DNA of 12,154 nucleotides from an uncultured Thermococci archaeon (GCA_964487115.1 CAZAPD010000058.1:1-12154); one strand, 5' to 3'; shown: positions 1-7,145, counted from the stretch's first letter. A program made the numbers and translations. The notes: generated by a model not told the origin, from the letters alone.

Positions 1-1108
1 TGTGCATCTCCATTCCCTCTATCTCAGCCAACCTAATTCCGAGATAGCGCTCGCTTAGGAATTCTCCTCTGCTGACGTACGCTAAGCTTATCCTTTTCAT
101 GAAGTCCATAACTGTTAGAACCCCGCTGAACTTCGCAGCTCCCCCGGTTGGCAAAACGTGGTTAACTCCAAGGAAGTAGTCGGCAGCTGGCACCGGTGTG
201 TATTCGCCGAGATAAATCGCTCCAGCGTTTTCAATTAAATCCACGAGTTTCAGTGGTTCCTTCGTGATTATCTCCAAGTGTTCTGGAGCTATCTCGTTAG
301 CTTTTTCGGCACATTCCTCCAAGCTTTCACACAGGACAACTTCAATTCCGTCCCTTCTGCAGTACTCCGCTAATTCCTTTGAAGTCGTTAAAAGCCAGGC
401 CTTGCTGTCCTTTCCGTGCTCCAGCTGGGAAAGCAAATCGTATAAAACATACTCCTTATCTGCTGTCTCATCGGTTATAACAGCGATCTCTGATGGTCCA
501 GCTAAGCTGTCAATTCCTACAACACCAAAGACCTGCCTCTTTGCTTCGTTCACGAACTTGTTCCCAGGTCCAAAGATTTTGTTTACTTTCTTCATTCCAA
601 TGCCGTAGGCCATCGCTCCGATAGCTTGAATCCCTCCAAGTTTGTAAACTTCCTTAATGCCGAGAAGCTTTGCAACGTAGAGGATGTAGGGATTAACTTT
701 GCCGTTCTTTGGTGGTGTTGTGACCACTATTTCTTTTACGCCAGCAATCTTTGCTGGCACGCCAACCATTATGAGTGTTGAAGGCAGAGGCTTCCCTCCG
801 GGGACGTAGATACCGATCCTCCTTATCGGTTTGTAGATTATACCATAAAGCGAAGCATTCTTTATGTAGAGCTTATCGCTCTCAAGCTGTTTCTCGTGAT
901 ACTCCCAGATTCTTTCTATTGTGCGCTTGATTATTTTCTTATCCTTCTCTGGAATCTGCCTCTCCGCTTCTTCAAACTCTTCTTCACTAACAAGGAATTC
1001 CCCGTCATAGCCGTCAAACTTCCTTGAGTATTCCTTTACAGCTTCAATACCTCTTTCCCTTATGTCTTTCAAAATTTGAGCCACATAGCTTTCTAACTCA
1101 AAATTCAT
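1..1108 (-). CDS. hisD: Histidinol dehydrogenase (3' end runs off the left edge of the window)
   Basis: Not in the ORF track because it has no stop in the window. Manual translation from ATG 1108 gives [33 protein letters not shown], then [61 protein letters not shown] and [10 protein letters not shown], all HisD motifs. Overlaps the hisG stop by 11 nt. Confidence 0.96.
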   Translation of the reverse strand, partial: MNFELESYVAQILKDIRERGIEAVKEYSRKFDGYDGEFLVSEEEFEEAERQIPEKDKKIIKRTIERIWEYHEKQLESDKLYIKNASLYGIIYKPIRRIGIYVPGGKPLPSTLIMVGVPAKIAGVKEIVVTTPPKNGKVNPYILYVAKLLGIKEVYKLGGIQAIGAMAYGIGMKKVNKIFGPGNKFVNEAKRQVFGVVGIDSLAGPSEIAVITDETADKEYVLYDLLSQLEHGKDSKAWLLTTSKELAEYCRRDGIEVVLCESLEECAEKANEIAPEHLEIITKEPLKLVDLIENAGAIYLGEYTPVPAADYFLGVNHVLPTGGAAKFSGVLTVMDFMKRISLAYVSRGEFLSERYLGIRLAEIEGMEMH

Positions 1109-1715
1109 CTTTGACAACCTCCTTAATTTTTAAAACAAGCTCGTTAATCTCCTTAAACTTCGTCTTTTGGGAGATTCTGTTCACCAAAAGCAAAGCCGAA
1201 ACATCCATAATCTTCTCCACCTCAACTAACCCATTGGCTCTCAATGTGTTTCCCGTCTCGACGATGTCAACGATGGCATCTGCAATCCCAATTTTTGGGG
1301 CAAGCTCGATGCTTCCGTGAAGCTTTATCACTTCAACCTCAACTCTTCTCATCTCAAAGAACTTCCTTGCAAGGTTTGGGTATTTGGTGGCTATCCTAAA
1401 ACCGTCCATCTCTTCAACGCTGACTGCATTTTCTTTGGGCATCGCCAAGCTTAAGCGGCACTTTCCAAAAGGCAGCTCAAGAGGAACGAGGACGTCACTT
1501 TCCCTTTCCTCAACAACATCGCTTCCAGCTATGCCAACGTCAACGCCATACTCGACGTAAACCGGGACATCAAAAGCCCTTGCAAGGAGGAGCTCATATC
1601 TGCCGTTTTTTACCATCAATTCTCTGTTCTCTGGTGGCTTAAGCTCAATTCCAGCTTTTCTTAGGATTTCAAGCGAACCCTTGAATAGTCGTCCTTTTGG
1701 GAGAACAAATCTCAT
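1098..1715 (-). CDS. hisG: ATP phosphoribosyltransferase, short form (HisGs)
   Basis: 205 aa with [31 protein letters not shown] and [13 protein letters not shown]. It lacks the C-terminal regulatory domain, which fits the adjacent hisZ. ATGA overlap with hisZ. Confidence 0.96.
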   Translation of the reverse strand: MRFVLPKGRLFKGSLEILRKAGIELKPPENRELMVKNGRYELLLARAFDVPVYVEYGVDVGIAGSDVVEERESDVLVPLELPFGKCRLSLAMPKENAVSVEEMDGFRIATKYPNLARKFFEMRRVEVEVIKLHGSIELAPKIGIADAIVDIVETGNTLRANGLVEVEKIMDVSALLLVNRISQKTKFKEINELVLKIKEVVKDEF

Positions 1716-2602
1716 TCTTCCACCTCCACTGGAATGCCGAGCTTTATGAGCTCTTTTGCAAGCTTGTATGCCTCTTTCAGCTCCCCTCTGATTCTTTTTC
1801 TGTTCTTCTCTGTTTTGCCGTTGAAGAGTCTTGAGAGTGCATTTAAGTCAAAGGCGAATCCAAAAGCGCTGACTCCTTTAAATGTATACTCTCCGCCGCC
1901 TCCGAGCGGTTTTCCAATCTTTGGAGAATAGACCTCAAAGATTATGTCGTTGTAGTAGGGAAGAGGTCTTATTGTGCCGAAATCTATGAAGACTCTCTCA
2001 TCGTCAACCGTCTCGATAATTCTGTTGAGCTTTTCGTATTCACAGCTCTTTCCCCTGAAGTTGAACAGCTGCCAGAGCTCTTCTTTCTTCTCCTCGGTTA
2101 TAGGCAGTCTTTCGATGATTTCGAAGTTTCTCCTCGTCAGGGCTCTGAAGATCTCCGCTCTAAATTCTTCAAGTCCCTCAATTGCTCTCTCCCAGGCTTT
2201 CAAGCTACCGACGTCGATGTAGAAGTCCTCGATGCCGAGCGCCTCGAGGGAAGTTATAACAGTTAAGAGAACCTCGACCTGCATTTTGACGTCTTCTCCG
2301 CTGAGGAACTCAACTCCAGCCTGCCACTTTCCTTTAATTCCTCCATCCAGCACTTCGCTAATATAGTAAAGCTTAAGTTTCTTGGGTTCCTTGAGGTTTG
2401 CAAGTATCTGAGATGTCAGGTCTGGTTTTATTACATAAAATCCATTGTTGTAGGCAAATTTTGTTCCTTTTCTCAGCTCCTCGCTGAACTCTTCTATCGT
2501 TGGTAAAAATATCTCTCTATACCCCCAAAGCTCAAATGTGCGCCTTAAATACTTTGTAATATCCGCTAACCTCTCTGATTCGGAAAATAAATCCTTCTTC
2601 AA
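1712..2602 (-). CDS. hisZ: ATP phosphoribosyltransferase regulatory subunit
   Basis: 296 aa with HisRS-like motifs ([48 protein letters not shown]) directly upstream of short hisG. TTG start with RBS GGAGGGA (2608..2614) 5 nt upstream. Confidence 0.92.
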   Translation of the reverse strand: MKKDLFSESERLADITKYLRRTFELWGYREIFLPTIEEFSEELRKGTKFAYNNGFYVIKPDLTSQILANLKEPKKLKLYYISEVLDGGIKGKWQAGVEFLSGEDVKMQVEVLLTVITSLEALGIEDFYIDVGSLKAWERAIEGLEEFRAEIFRALTRRNFEIIERLPITEEKKEELWQLFNFRGKSCEYEKLNRIIETVDDERVFIDFGTIRPLPYYNDIIFEVYSPKIGKPLGGGGEYTFKGVSAFGFAFDLNALSRLFNGKTEKNRKRIRGELKEAYKLAKELIKLGIPVEVEE

Positions 2603-2614
2603 AATAATCCCTCC

Positions 2615-2639
2615 AAGATATTTTCGATGAAAATATCCT
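2615..2639 (-). promoter_or_regulatory. Inverted repeat / RNA hairpin immediately 5' of the hisZ RBS
   Basis: Perfect 9-bp inverted repeat GATATTTTC-GAT-GAAAATATC (2617..2637). In the mRNA it extends to 11 bp through G-U and A-U pairs and ends right at the Shine-Dalgarno. Confidence 0.6.
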
Positions 2640-2677
2640 CTGAATAGCAGGAATCCAGATTGAATACATTAGAATAG

Positions 2678-2782
2678 TCAATGATGATGGTAGTAGCTCA
2701 CCAGAACAGGGAATACACCTACACAGTTCAACTGGGTGTTCGTATCTATTCTTGTTTTTTCCATACCATTTTTCAATTTCAT
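2678..2782 (-). CDS. Putative his-operon leader peptide, 34 aa: MKLKNGMEKTRIDTNTQLNCVGVFPVLVSYYHHH
   Basis: ATG at 2782 with RBS AGGAGGGG (2788..2795) 5 nt upstream. Ends TAC TAC CAT CAT CAT TGA. Sits between the TATA box and hisZ on the same strand. Confidence 0.75.
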   Translation of the reverse strand: MKLKNGMEKTRIDTNTQLNCVGVFPVLVSYYHHH

Positions 2783-2823
2783 GTTAACCCCTCCTACTTG
2801 AGAAGAAAAAATATACGCAGGGG

Positions 2824-2837
2824 TATTTAAACTTATC
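2824..2837 (-). promoter_or_regulatory. BRE/TATA promoter of the leader + his operon
   Basis: The minus strand reads GATAAG-TTTAAATA. Typical archaeal spacing puts the start site near 2800, just ahead of the leader RBS. Confidence 0.7.
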
Positions 2838-2980
2838 CAGAAGTTTTTTGTCTAAATATCATCTAATGCAATTATCATTGTCTCTGGTTCTGACTTATGA
2901 CTTTAAACTTAGCATGCATGATACATAATGACTATCCGGAAGCTAATAAGTTTGAAAATCATCTTCATATGGTGGTTCAT

Positions 2981-3394
2981 ATGGAGGTAGCTGACAGGGA
3001 GATTTTTGAAATTAATACCAATGCGGAGATTCAGGCTAAGGAAGCTGACAGAGAAATTCAGATGACAGGGTAATCAAAAAATAGGTGAACAGGACAAAGC
3101 CCGGAAAGATGGATATCAACATAACAGGCGAGTTCGCGGTTATAGGTGAGAAAATGAGTAGGTAATAATCGAAAAACCCGATGTTCGCGTAGATGAATAG
3201 TGAGAAGCTCTACAGGGAACTGGCAGGTTATACTGCAACCGAGAAAACCACTTCATTCTCAAAATGCTTGCAGACATGGAAAGAAGCTACTATAGCATAC
3301 TGAGGAGGCAGTATGAATACATAACCCTGTATCCTGACATATACAAAGCGGAGTTCTACGATCAGCTTATGAAGGATATAACTTCAACTTCTGA
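2981..3394 (+). pseudogene. Degraded ferritin-like/rubrerythrin-family gene
   Basis: RBS GGTGGT plus ATG 2981 gives MEVADREIFEINTNAEIQAKEA with a stop at 3073. A fragment from 3193 (MNSEKLYRELAGY) and a third-frame fragment (LKMLADMERSYYSILRRQYEY) follow. Together they resemble the helices of a ferritin-like bundle in three frames, with ExxH changed to ERSY. Confidence 0.7.
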
Positions 3395-3406
3395 GCTTCG
3401 TTGTGT

Positions 3407-3946
3407 TTATACCCTTCTACCTTTATATTTGAGTACAACAAATTCCTTGTAGTCCATTATCTTCTCAAAGCCCTTTCTTATATAATAGGAATAAGCCTCA
3501 AGCTCGGGGAAGGTTATTACGTAGGTATCTTTACCAAGCTCGGCAAGTCTCTCAATAGCAAAATAGAGGAGTTTTGAGCCGTGACCCATACCCTTGGAGG
3601 ATGGATCTACCATAAAGAACTCTAAAAGACCTGTTTTTCCATTTTTGATTTCATCTGGCACCCACCAGACCTCTTTCCCTTCAAGGTTATATACAAGAGC
3701 AACTGTACCTAAAATATTATCTTTGTCATCGCGGAGGATGTAGAGCTCGTCAAATTCCTTTTCGAGGCGAAACTGTAAAAAAGGTTCATAGACCCTCTTA
3801 AACCCTTCAAAGTCCTCGGGAGAGGGCTTATTTTTCACCCATTCAAGAGCAGGATAAGCGCCATTTGTCCCCTGATAGACACGGAAGACAAATTTGATAA
3901 GCTTTTTTTCGAGCTTTGGGGGAGTTACAACCTTAATTACTTTCAT
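3407..3946 (-). CDS. GNAT-family N-acetyltransferase
   Basis: Contains FMVDPSSKGMGHGSKLL (acetyl-CoA motif A) and AYSYYIRKGF (motif B). The likely start is ATG 3946 or 3952; the track's extension to 4141 is antisense to the next gene. Confidence 0.85.
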   Translation of the reverse strand: MKVIKVVTPPKLEKKLIKFVFRVYQGTNGAYPALEWVKNKPSPEDFEGFKRVYEPFLQFRLEKEFDELYILRDDKDNILGTVALVYNLEGKEVWWVPDEIKNGKTGLLEFFMVDPSSKGMGHGSKLLYFAIERLAELGKDTYVITFPELEAYSYYIRKGFEKIMDYKEFVVLKYKGRRV

Positions 3947-3991
3947 TCCCATTCCCAAAAAGTTAATAGTTCTCCATCTAAATAAATTTTG

Positions 3992-4477
3992 GTGGTAAAT
4001 ACGGATGAACTCGAAGCACTTACACTGGCACTGGAAGTTGAAAAGGCTGAGATGAAGTTTTACCTTGAGATGGCGAGAAAAGCTAAGGAAGAAAGGGCAA
4101 GCAGGATGTTCCTTTTCCTTGCAAGCGAAGAAGCAGAACACTGGGACATATTTGAGGACAACCTCATAAAAAAACTTGTAGAAAAGTGCAAGCTTCCCTC
4201 ATTCGATAAGGAATACCTCAAAAAGCTAACTCCTGTGTATGGAGGGCAACTCAGCGAGGTTAAAGCAGTGGAGTTGGGCATGGAGCAGGAAAAGCGCACA
4301 TGGGAGTTTTATGAGAAAGCCGCCCGGGAAGCTAGGGATGAAGATGTAGGGAAGGTTTTCCACGAGCTTGCGGAGGTAGAAAAAGCACATTATGAACTTC
4401 TTAGAGCTCAGTATGACTCCATAATGAAAACAGGTATATGGATGGACTATCAAGACTTTAGTTTGGAGATAGATTGA
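3992..4477 (+). CDS. Ferritin-like / rubrerythrin-family diiron protein (no rubredoxin domain); start uncertain (TTG 3989, GTG 3992 or ACG 4001)
   Basis: Two repeats of E-x6-Y...ExxH: LEVEKAEMKFY...EEAEH and MEQEKRTWEFY...VEKAH. Confidence 0.88.
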   Translation: MVNTDELEALTLALEVEKAEMKFYLEMARKAKEERASRMFLFLASEEAEHWDIFEDNLIKKLVEKCKLPSFDKEYLKKLTPVYGGQLSEVKAVELGMEQEKRTWEFYEKAAREARDEDVGKVFHELAEVEKAHYELLRAQYDSIMKTGIWMDYQDFSLEID

Positions 4478-4505
4478 GCCCCCTCCCAAAACTTTTATTC
4501 ATAGA

Positions 4506-4518
4506 GAAAACTTTATTA
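4506..4518 (+). promoter_or_regulatory. BRE/TATA promoter of the small ferritin-like gene
   Basis: GAAAAC-TTTATTA about 33 nt upstream of GTG 4551; RBS GGTGA at 4541..4545. Confidence 0.55.
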
Positions 4519-4550
4519 CCCCAGATGTGGAACATTGAGTGGTGATTTAG

Positions 4551-4850
4551 GTGCTTGGATTGAACCCGATTTCTATAAACAAAGAAAAACTGTCACAGAG
4601 AGAAATTGCCCAGGCACTCCGCTGGGCAGTTATGGCTGAACTCGATGCCATAAACTTCTATGAACAGTTTGCTGAACTGATAGAGGATGAAGCTGTTAGG
4701 CACACGTTTCTTGATGTTGCCAACGAGGAAAAGGAGCACGTGGGTGAGTTTCTGGCTCTGCTTCTTAAACTCGATCCCGAACTGAAGGGATGGATGAAAA
4801 GGGGCTTCAAGGAAGTTGAAGAGGAAACCGGGATAAAAGTGGAGCTTTAG
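4551..4850 (+). CDS. Small ferritin-like protein (half-bundle, encapsulated-ferritin/Flp-like)
   Basis: 99 aa with AELDAINFYEQ...NEEKEHVGEF, a single helix pair carrying ExxH. GTG start with RBS GGTGA. Confidence 0.88.
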   Translation: MLGLNPISINKEKLSQREIAQALRWAVMAELDAINFYEQFAELIEDEAVRHTFLDVANEEKEHVGEFLALLLKLDPELKGWMKRGFKEVEEETGIKVEL

Positions 4851-4856
4851 CTCCAC

Positions 4857-5216
4857 TTATCCTCTTTCCAGAAGCAGTCCAAGTTCATTATAAACCTCTA
4901 CCTTGTTAAATCCCTCTCTCTTTAATAGATTTACAATTTCCTTTAGTATCTTTCTCTGGACATTTATCGCAAGCATCCTGCAGAAGTGACATTCGGGTGT
5001 GGAGCGGGCAAGCAGAAGAAACACCTGAACCTTTCTCTCTTCGATAGTGATCCCATAGAGGAGTCCTTCATCTACTATGTTGAGGTTGGTTTCTGGATCT
5101 ATGACACTCCTGAGGATTTTAACAACTCTCATGACTTCAGGGGGCAGATCTTCTCTTGGCCCTTTTTTGATGCTATTCCTTTTCTTTAAAAAATCCAGAA
5201 ACGCCACATCTCTCAC
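4857..5216 (-). CDS. DUF59/SufT-like Fe-S cluster assembly domain protein
   Basis: LRSVIDPETNLNIVDEGLLYGI is the DUF59 signature; also TPECHFC. GTGA overlap with the upstream gene. Confidence 0.8.
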   Translation of the reverse strand: MRDVAFLDFLKKRNSIKKGPREDLPPEVMRVVKILRSVIDPETNLNIVDEGLLYGITIEERKVQVFLLLARSTPECHFCRMLAINVQRKILKEIVNLLKREGFNKVEVYNELGLLLERG

Positions 5217-5533
5217 TTCTTTTCAAATTTTCCAACTATATTGTTTCTCAGGTCATAGACATAGACATTTGAAAACTTTATTAGAGCAAATCTCTCCATT
5301 ATGTTGCCAATTATCCTTGAGTATGCTATAGCACTGGCCCCGGTTATGTTATACTCAGCATGGCTCTCGAAATTGAGCCATACCTTCAGAGTGTCCTCGG
5401 TGACTTCAAGACCTGCTATAACACCTGAATCGAGGATATCTCCACCCGTAACTGGGTCTACTATCTTAGAGAGCTCATTAAGGACAGCCTGATACTCCGG
5501 CGGCCATTTTCTATCTTTCATGTAGATTTTCAT
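5213..5533 (-). CDS. DUF59-like domain protein (no cysteine)
   Basis: LSKIVDPVTGGDILDSGVIAGL is DUF59-like. RBS GGTGAGG upstream of ATG 5533. Confidence 0.72.
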   Translation of the reverse strand: MKIYMKDRKWPPEYQAVLNELSKIVDPVTGGDILDSGVIAGLEVTEDTLKVWLNFESHAEYNITGASAIAYSRIIGNIMERFALIKFSNVYVYDLRNNIVGKFEKK

Positions 5534-5565
5534 TTACCTCACCGGAGGGGGATTGGCATGCATGC

Positions 5566-6228
5566 TTAAAAGATTTCTTGCTCATTTTTGTTTAGCGGTG
5601 GATATTCATTAGGTATTGAAAGGTATATAGAAATTGCCACTATCACCCAGAGAATTACAGGGATAACAAAAAATGCCACTATTATTCCTTTTTGTATGCC
5701 TGTGGTATCATCAAGCCAATACCTTGTCCATGAAAACATGACTACAAACCATGAAGAGACTATCAAAAGTTTCTCTTTTAGTTCATCTACAAAGTTTAGG
5801 GAAATAAGAGAGTTTATCAAAAGGAGAAGTGCTAAGAATGGTCCTACATATATCACATCAACCATTACTGTTGAGTAGTTGCCTGCAAATATTAGACTCG
5901 AAAGGGTTGCAATAGCTTGCAGCATCAGTCTGCCACTAACCTTGACAACATTGCCCATTGCAAGGGAATAGGCGATTAATGCAGGACCAGTTAAAATTAG
6001 AACTGCAAGAATGCCATTTACCGAATGTTTTAATAAAACTGCCCCACTAAATCCACCAGAAGTCATTAATCCCCCTAATAATAAAAGACCTGAAGGATGG
6101 CCTTCTTCTCCGACTATGGTCTCTATATGTCTAAATATCAACCATGTGATTATAATTCCCAAGAGAGTTAACACTCCACTAAGACTCATTATGATTTCAT
6201 ACCATAACTCTAACATTATCCTCGACAT
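5566..6228 (-). CDS. Hypothetical integral membrane protein (about 7 hydrophobic segments)
   Basis: 220-aa ORF with repeated hydrophobic stretches; AT-rich; no family recognised. Confidence 0.7.
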   Translation of the reverse strand: MSRIMLELWYEIIMSLSGVLTLLGIIITWLIFRHIETIVGEEGHPSGLLLLGGLMTSGGFSGAVLLKHSVNGILAVLILTGPALIAYSLAMGNVVKVSGRLMLQAIATLSSLIFAGNYSTVMVDVIYVGPFLALLLLINSLISLNFVDELKEKLLIVSSWFVVMFSWTRYWLDDTTGIQKGIIVAFFVIPVILWVIVAISIYLSIPNEYPPLNKNEQEIF

Positions 6229-6329
6229 CCATTAATTGTTTATATTGGATTTTGGAGGTAGAATAAATAAACTTTATGCTTGCGAAATTTGATACTTTAA
6301 ACTTCGGTTCTCATCTAATGCGAGGAATA

Positions 6330-6359
6330 TAAAAATTAGAAAAAATAAAAACATAAAAG
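6330..6359 (-). terminator. Oligo-T terminator region after the rubredoxin-SOR-HTH unit
   Basis: Several T runs on the minus strand directly after the HTH gene stop. Confidence 0.5.
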
Positions 6360-6545
6360 TCATTCAGCGGGCGCATAATAGCAACGTTTTGGGGAGATTA
6401 TCTTCCCTTCCTTTTTTAGAAGCTTTATTGCTTTGTCAACTTCTTTTTTGTCGAGACCTGTTAATTCTGCGATTTCTTTGCTTTTCAAGGGCTTTTCAGC
6501 CTTTTTAAGAACTTCAAAAACCGCCATCGTGCGTTCCATCTTCAT
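6360..6545 (-). CDS. Small winged helix-turn-helix protein
   Basis: LKSKEIAELTGLDKKEVDKAIKLLKKEGKIISPKRCYY. ATG 6545 overlaps the SOR stop (TGATG); ATG 6539 is an alternative start. Confidence 0.85.
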   Translation of the reverse strand: MKMERTMAVFEVLKKAEKPLKSKEIAELTGLDKKEVDKAIKLLKKEGKIISPKRCYYAPAE

Positions 6546-6892
6546 CACTCCACATCAACCCCGTTCTCCCAGAGGCCATGGATGTTGCAGTAGCTGAGGG
6601 CGTAGAGCTTGCCCTTCTTCTGGGTTCTGAAGAAGAAGACTGCCTTCGGCTCGGTCAGCGGGTCGCCATGGCTGGTAAAGGCAACCCTGCCGACGAGAAC
6701 CGGGAAGTTCTCCCCCTCTGGGTGGAAGTAGAGCTCTATCCAGGCTATATGGTGCTCCGGGGTGTTGGGATGGGCTATCTCCTTTCCGACGCTGACCTCG
6801 ACCTTGACGAGGTCGCCGTCCTTCTCGTACTCTATAACGGGAACGTGCTTCTCTCCCTTCCAGTCTCCACTCTTTATGGTTCCGCTAAGCAT
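6545..6892 (-). CDS. sor: Superoxide reductase (1Fe-SOR, neelaredoxin type), 115 aa
   Basis: EKHVP, HPNTPEHHIAWI and YCNIHGLW give the 4His-1Cys iron site. The true start is ATG 6892 with RBS GAGGTGG. Confidence 0.96.
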   Translation of the reverse strand: MLSGTIKSGDWKGEKHVPVIEYEKDGDLVKVEVSVGKEIAHPNTPEHHIAWIELYFHPEGENFPVLVGRVAFTSHGDPLTEPKAVFFFRTQKKGKLYALSYCNIHGLWENGVDVE

Positions 6893-6902
6893 CTCAACCA
6901 CC

Positions 6903-7064
6903 TCACTCCATCTTTTCAAACATGTCCTTGGGGGCGCCGCAAAGCGGGCAGACCCAGTCCTCGGGAAGGTTCTCAAAGCTGGTTCCGGGGGCAATGCCTG
7001 CCTCCTCATCACCTTCATCTTCGTCATATATGTAGCCGCATACCATGCATTTCCATTTGGTCAT
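6903..7064 (-). CDS. rub: Rubredoxin, 53 aa (not in the ORF track)
   Basis: Manual translation: [53 protein letters not shown], with two CxxCG motifs. RBS GAGGT upstream. Confidence 0.97.
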   Translation of the reverse strand: MTKWKCMVCGYIYDEDEGDEEAGIAPGTSFENLPEDWVCPLCGAPKDMFEKME

Positions 7065-7098
7065 ATTTATTACCTCATTTTAATGTCCGTATTTTAAC

Positions 7099-7123
7099 CT
7101 TATAAAGTTTGTGTTTCAAACTT
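7099..7123 (-). promoter_or_regulatory. Internal promoter for rubredoxin-SOR-HTH with an adjacent GTT-n3-AAC (SurR-type) palindrome
   Basis: TTTATAA on the minus strand at 7100..7106. GTTTCAAAC at 7113..7121 lies within the inverted repeat AAGTTTG-n5-CAAACTT (7105..7123). Confidence 0.55.
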
Positions 7124-7145
7124 ATCAAGTTTAAAAATAAAAGAT

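Noticed and set aside
264..2222. Plus-strand ORFs 264..608, 1024..1320, 1734..1931 and 1974..2222
   Set aside because: Antisense shadows of hisD, hisG and hisZ; Ser-rich with no recognisable motifs.
2641..2716. GAAT(A) repeats as a CRISPR remnant
   Set aside because: The units are only 4-6 bp with about 10-nt spacing; there is no repeat-spacer structure.
2721..2739. Small hairpin within the leader ORF
   Set aside because: Bulged stem with a 3-nt loop; doubtful stability at high temperature and no clear alternative pairing.
3264..3452. 62-aa ORF as an independent gene
   Set aside because: Better explained as the 3' fragment of the ferritin-like pseudogene reading through into the GNAT gene.
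3953..4141. N-terminal extension of the GNAT ORF in the track
   Set aside because: Lies antisense to the ferritin-like gene; the real start is ATG 3946 or 3952.
5556..5565. Palindrome GCATGCATGC (similar GCATGCATG at 2912..2920)
   Set aside because: Low-complexity tetramer repeat with no consistent position relative to promoters.
6893..7027. 45-aa N-terminal extension of SOR (apparent fusion)
   Set aside because: It is an alternative frame of the rubredoxin gene; SOR has its own RBS and ATG at 6892.
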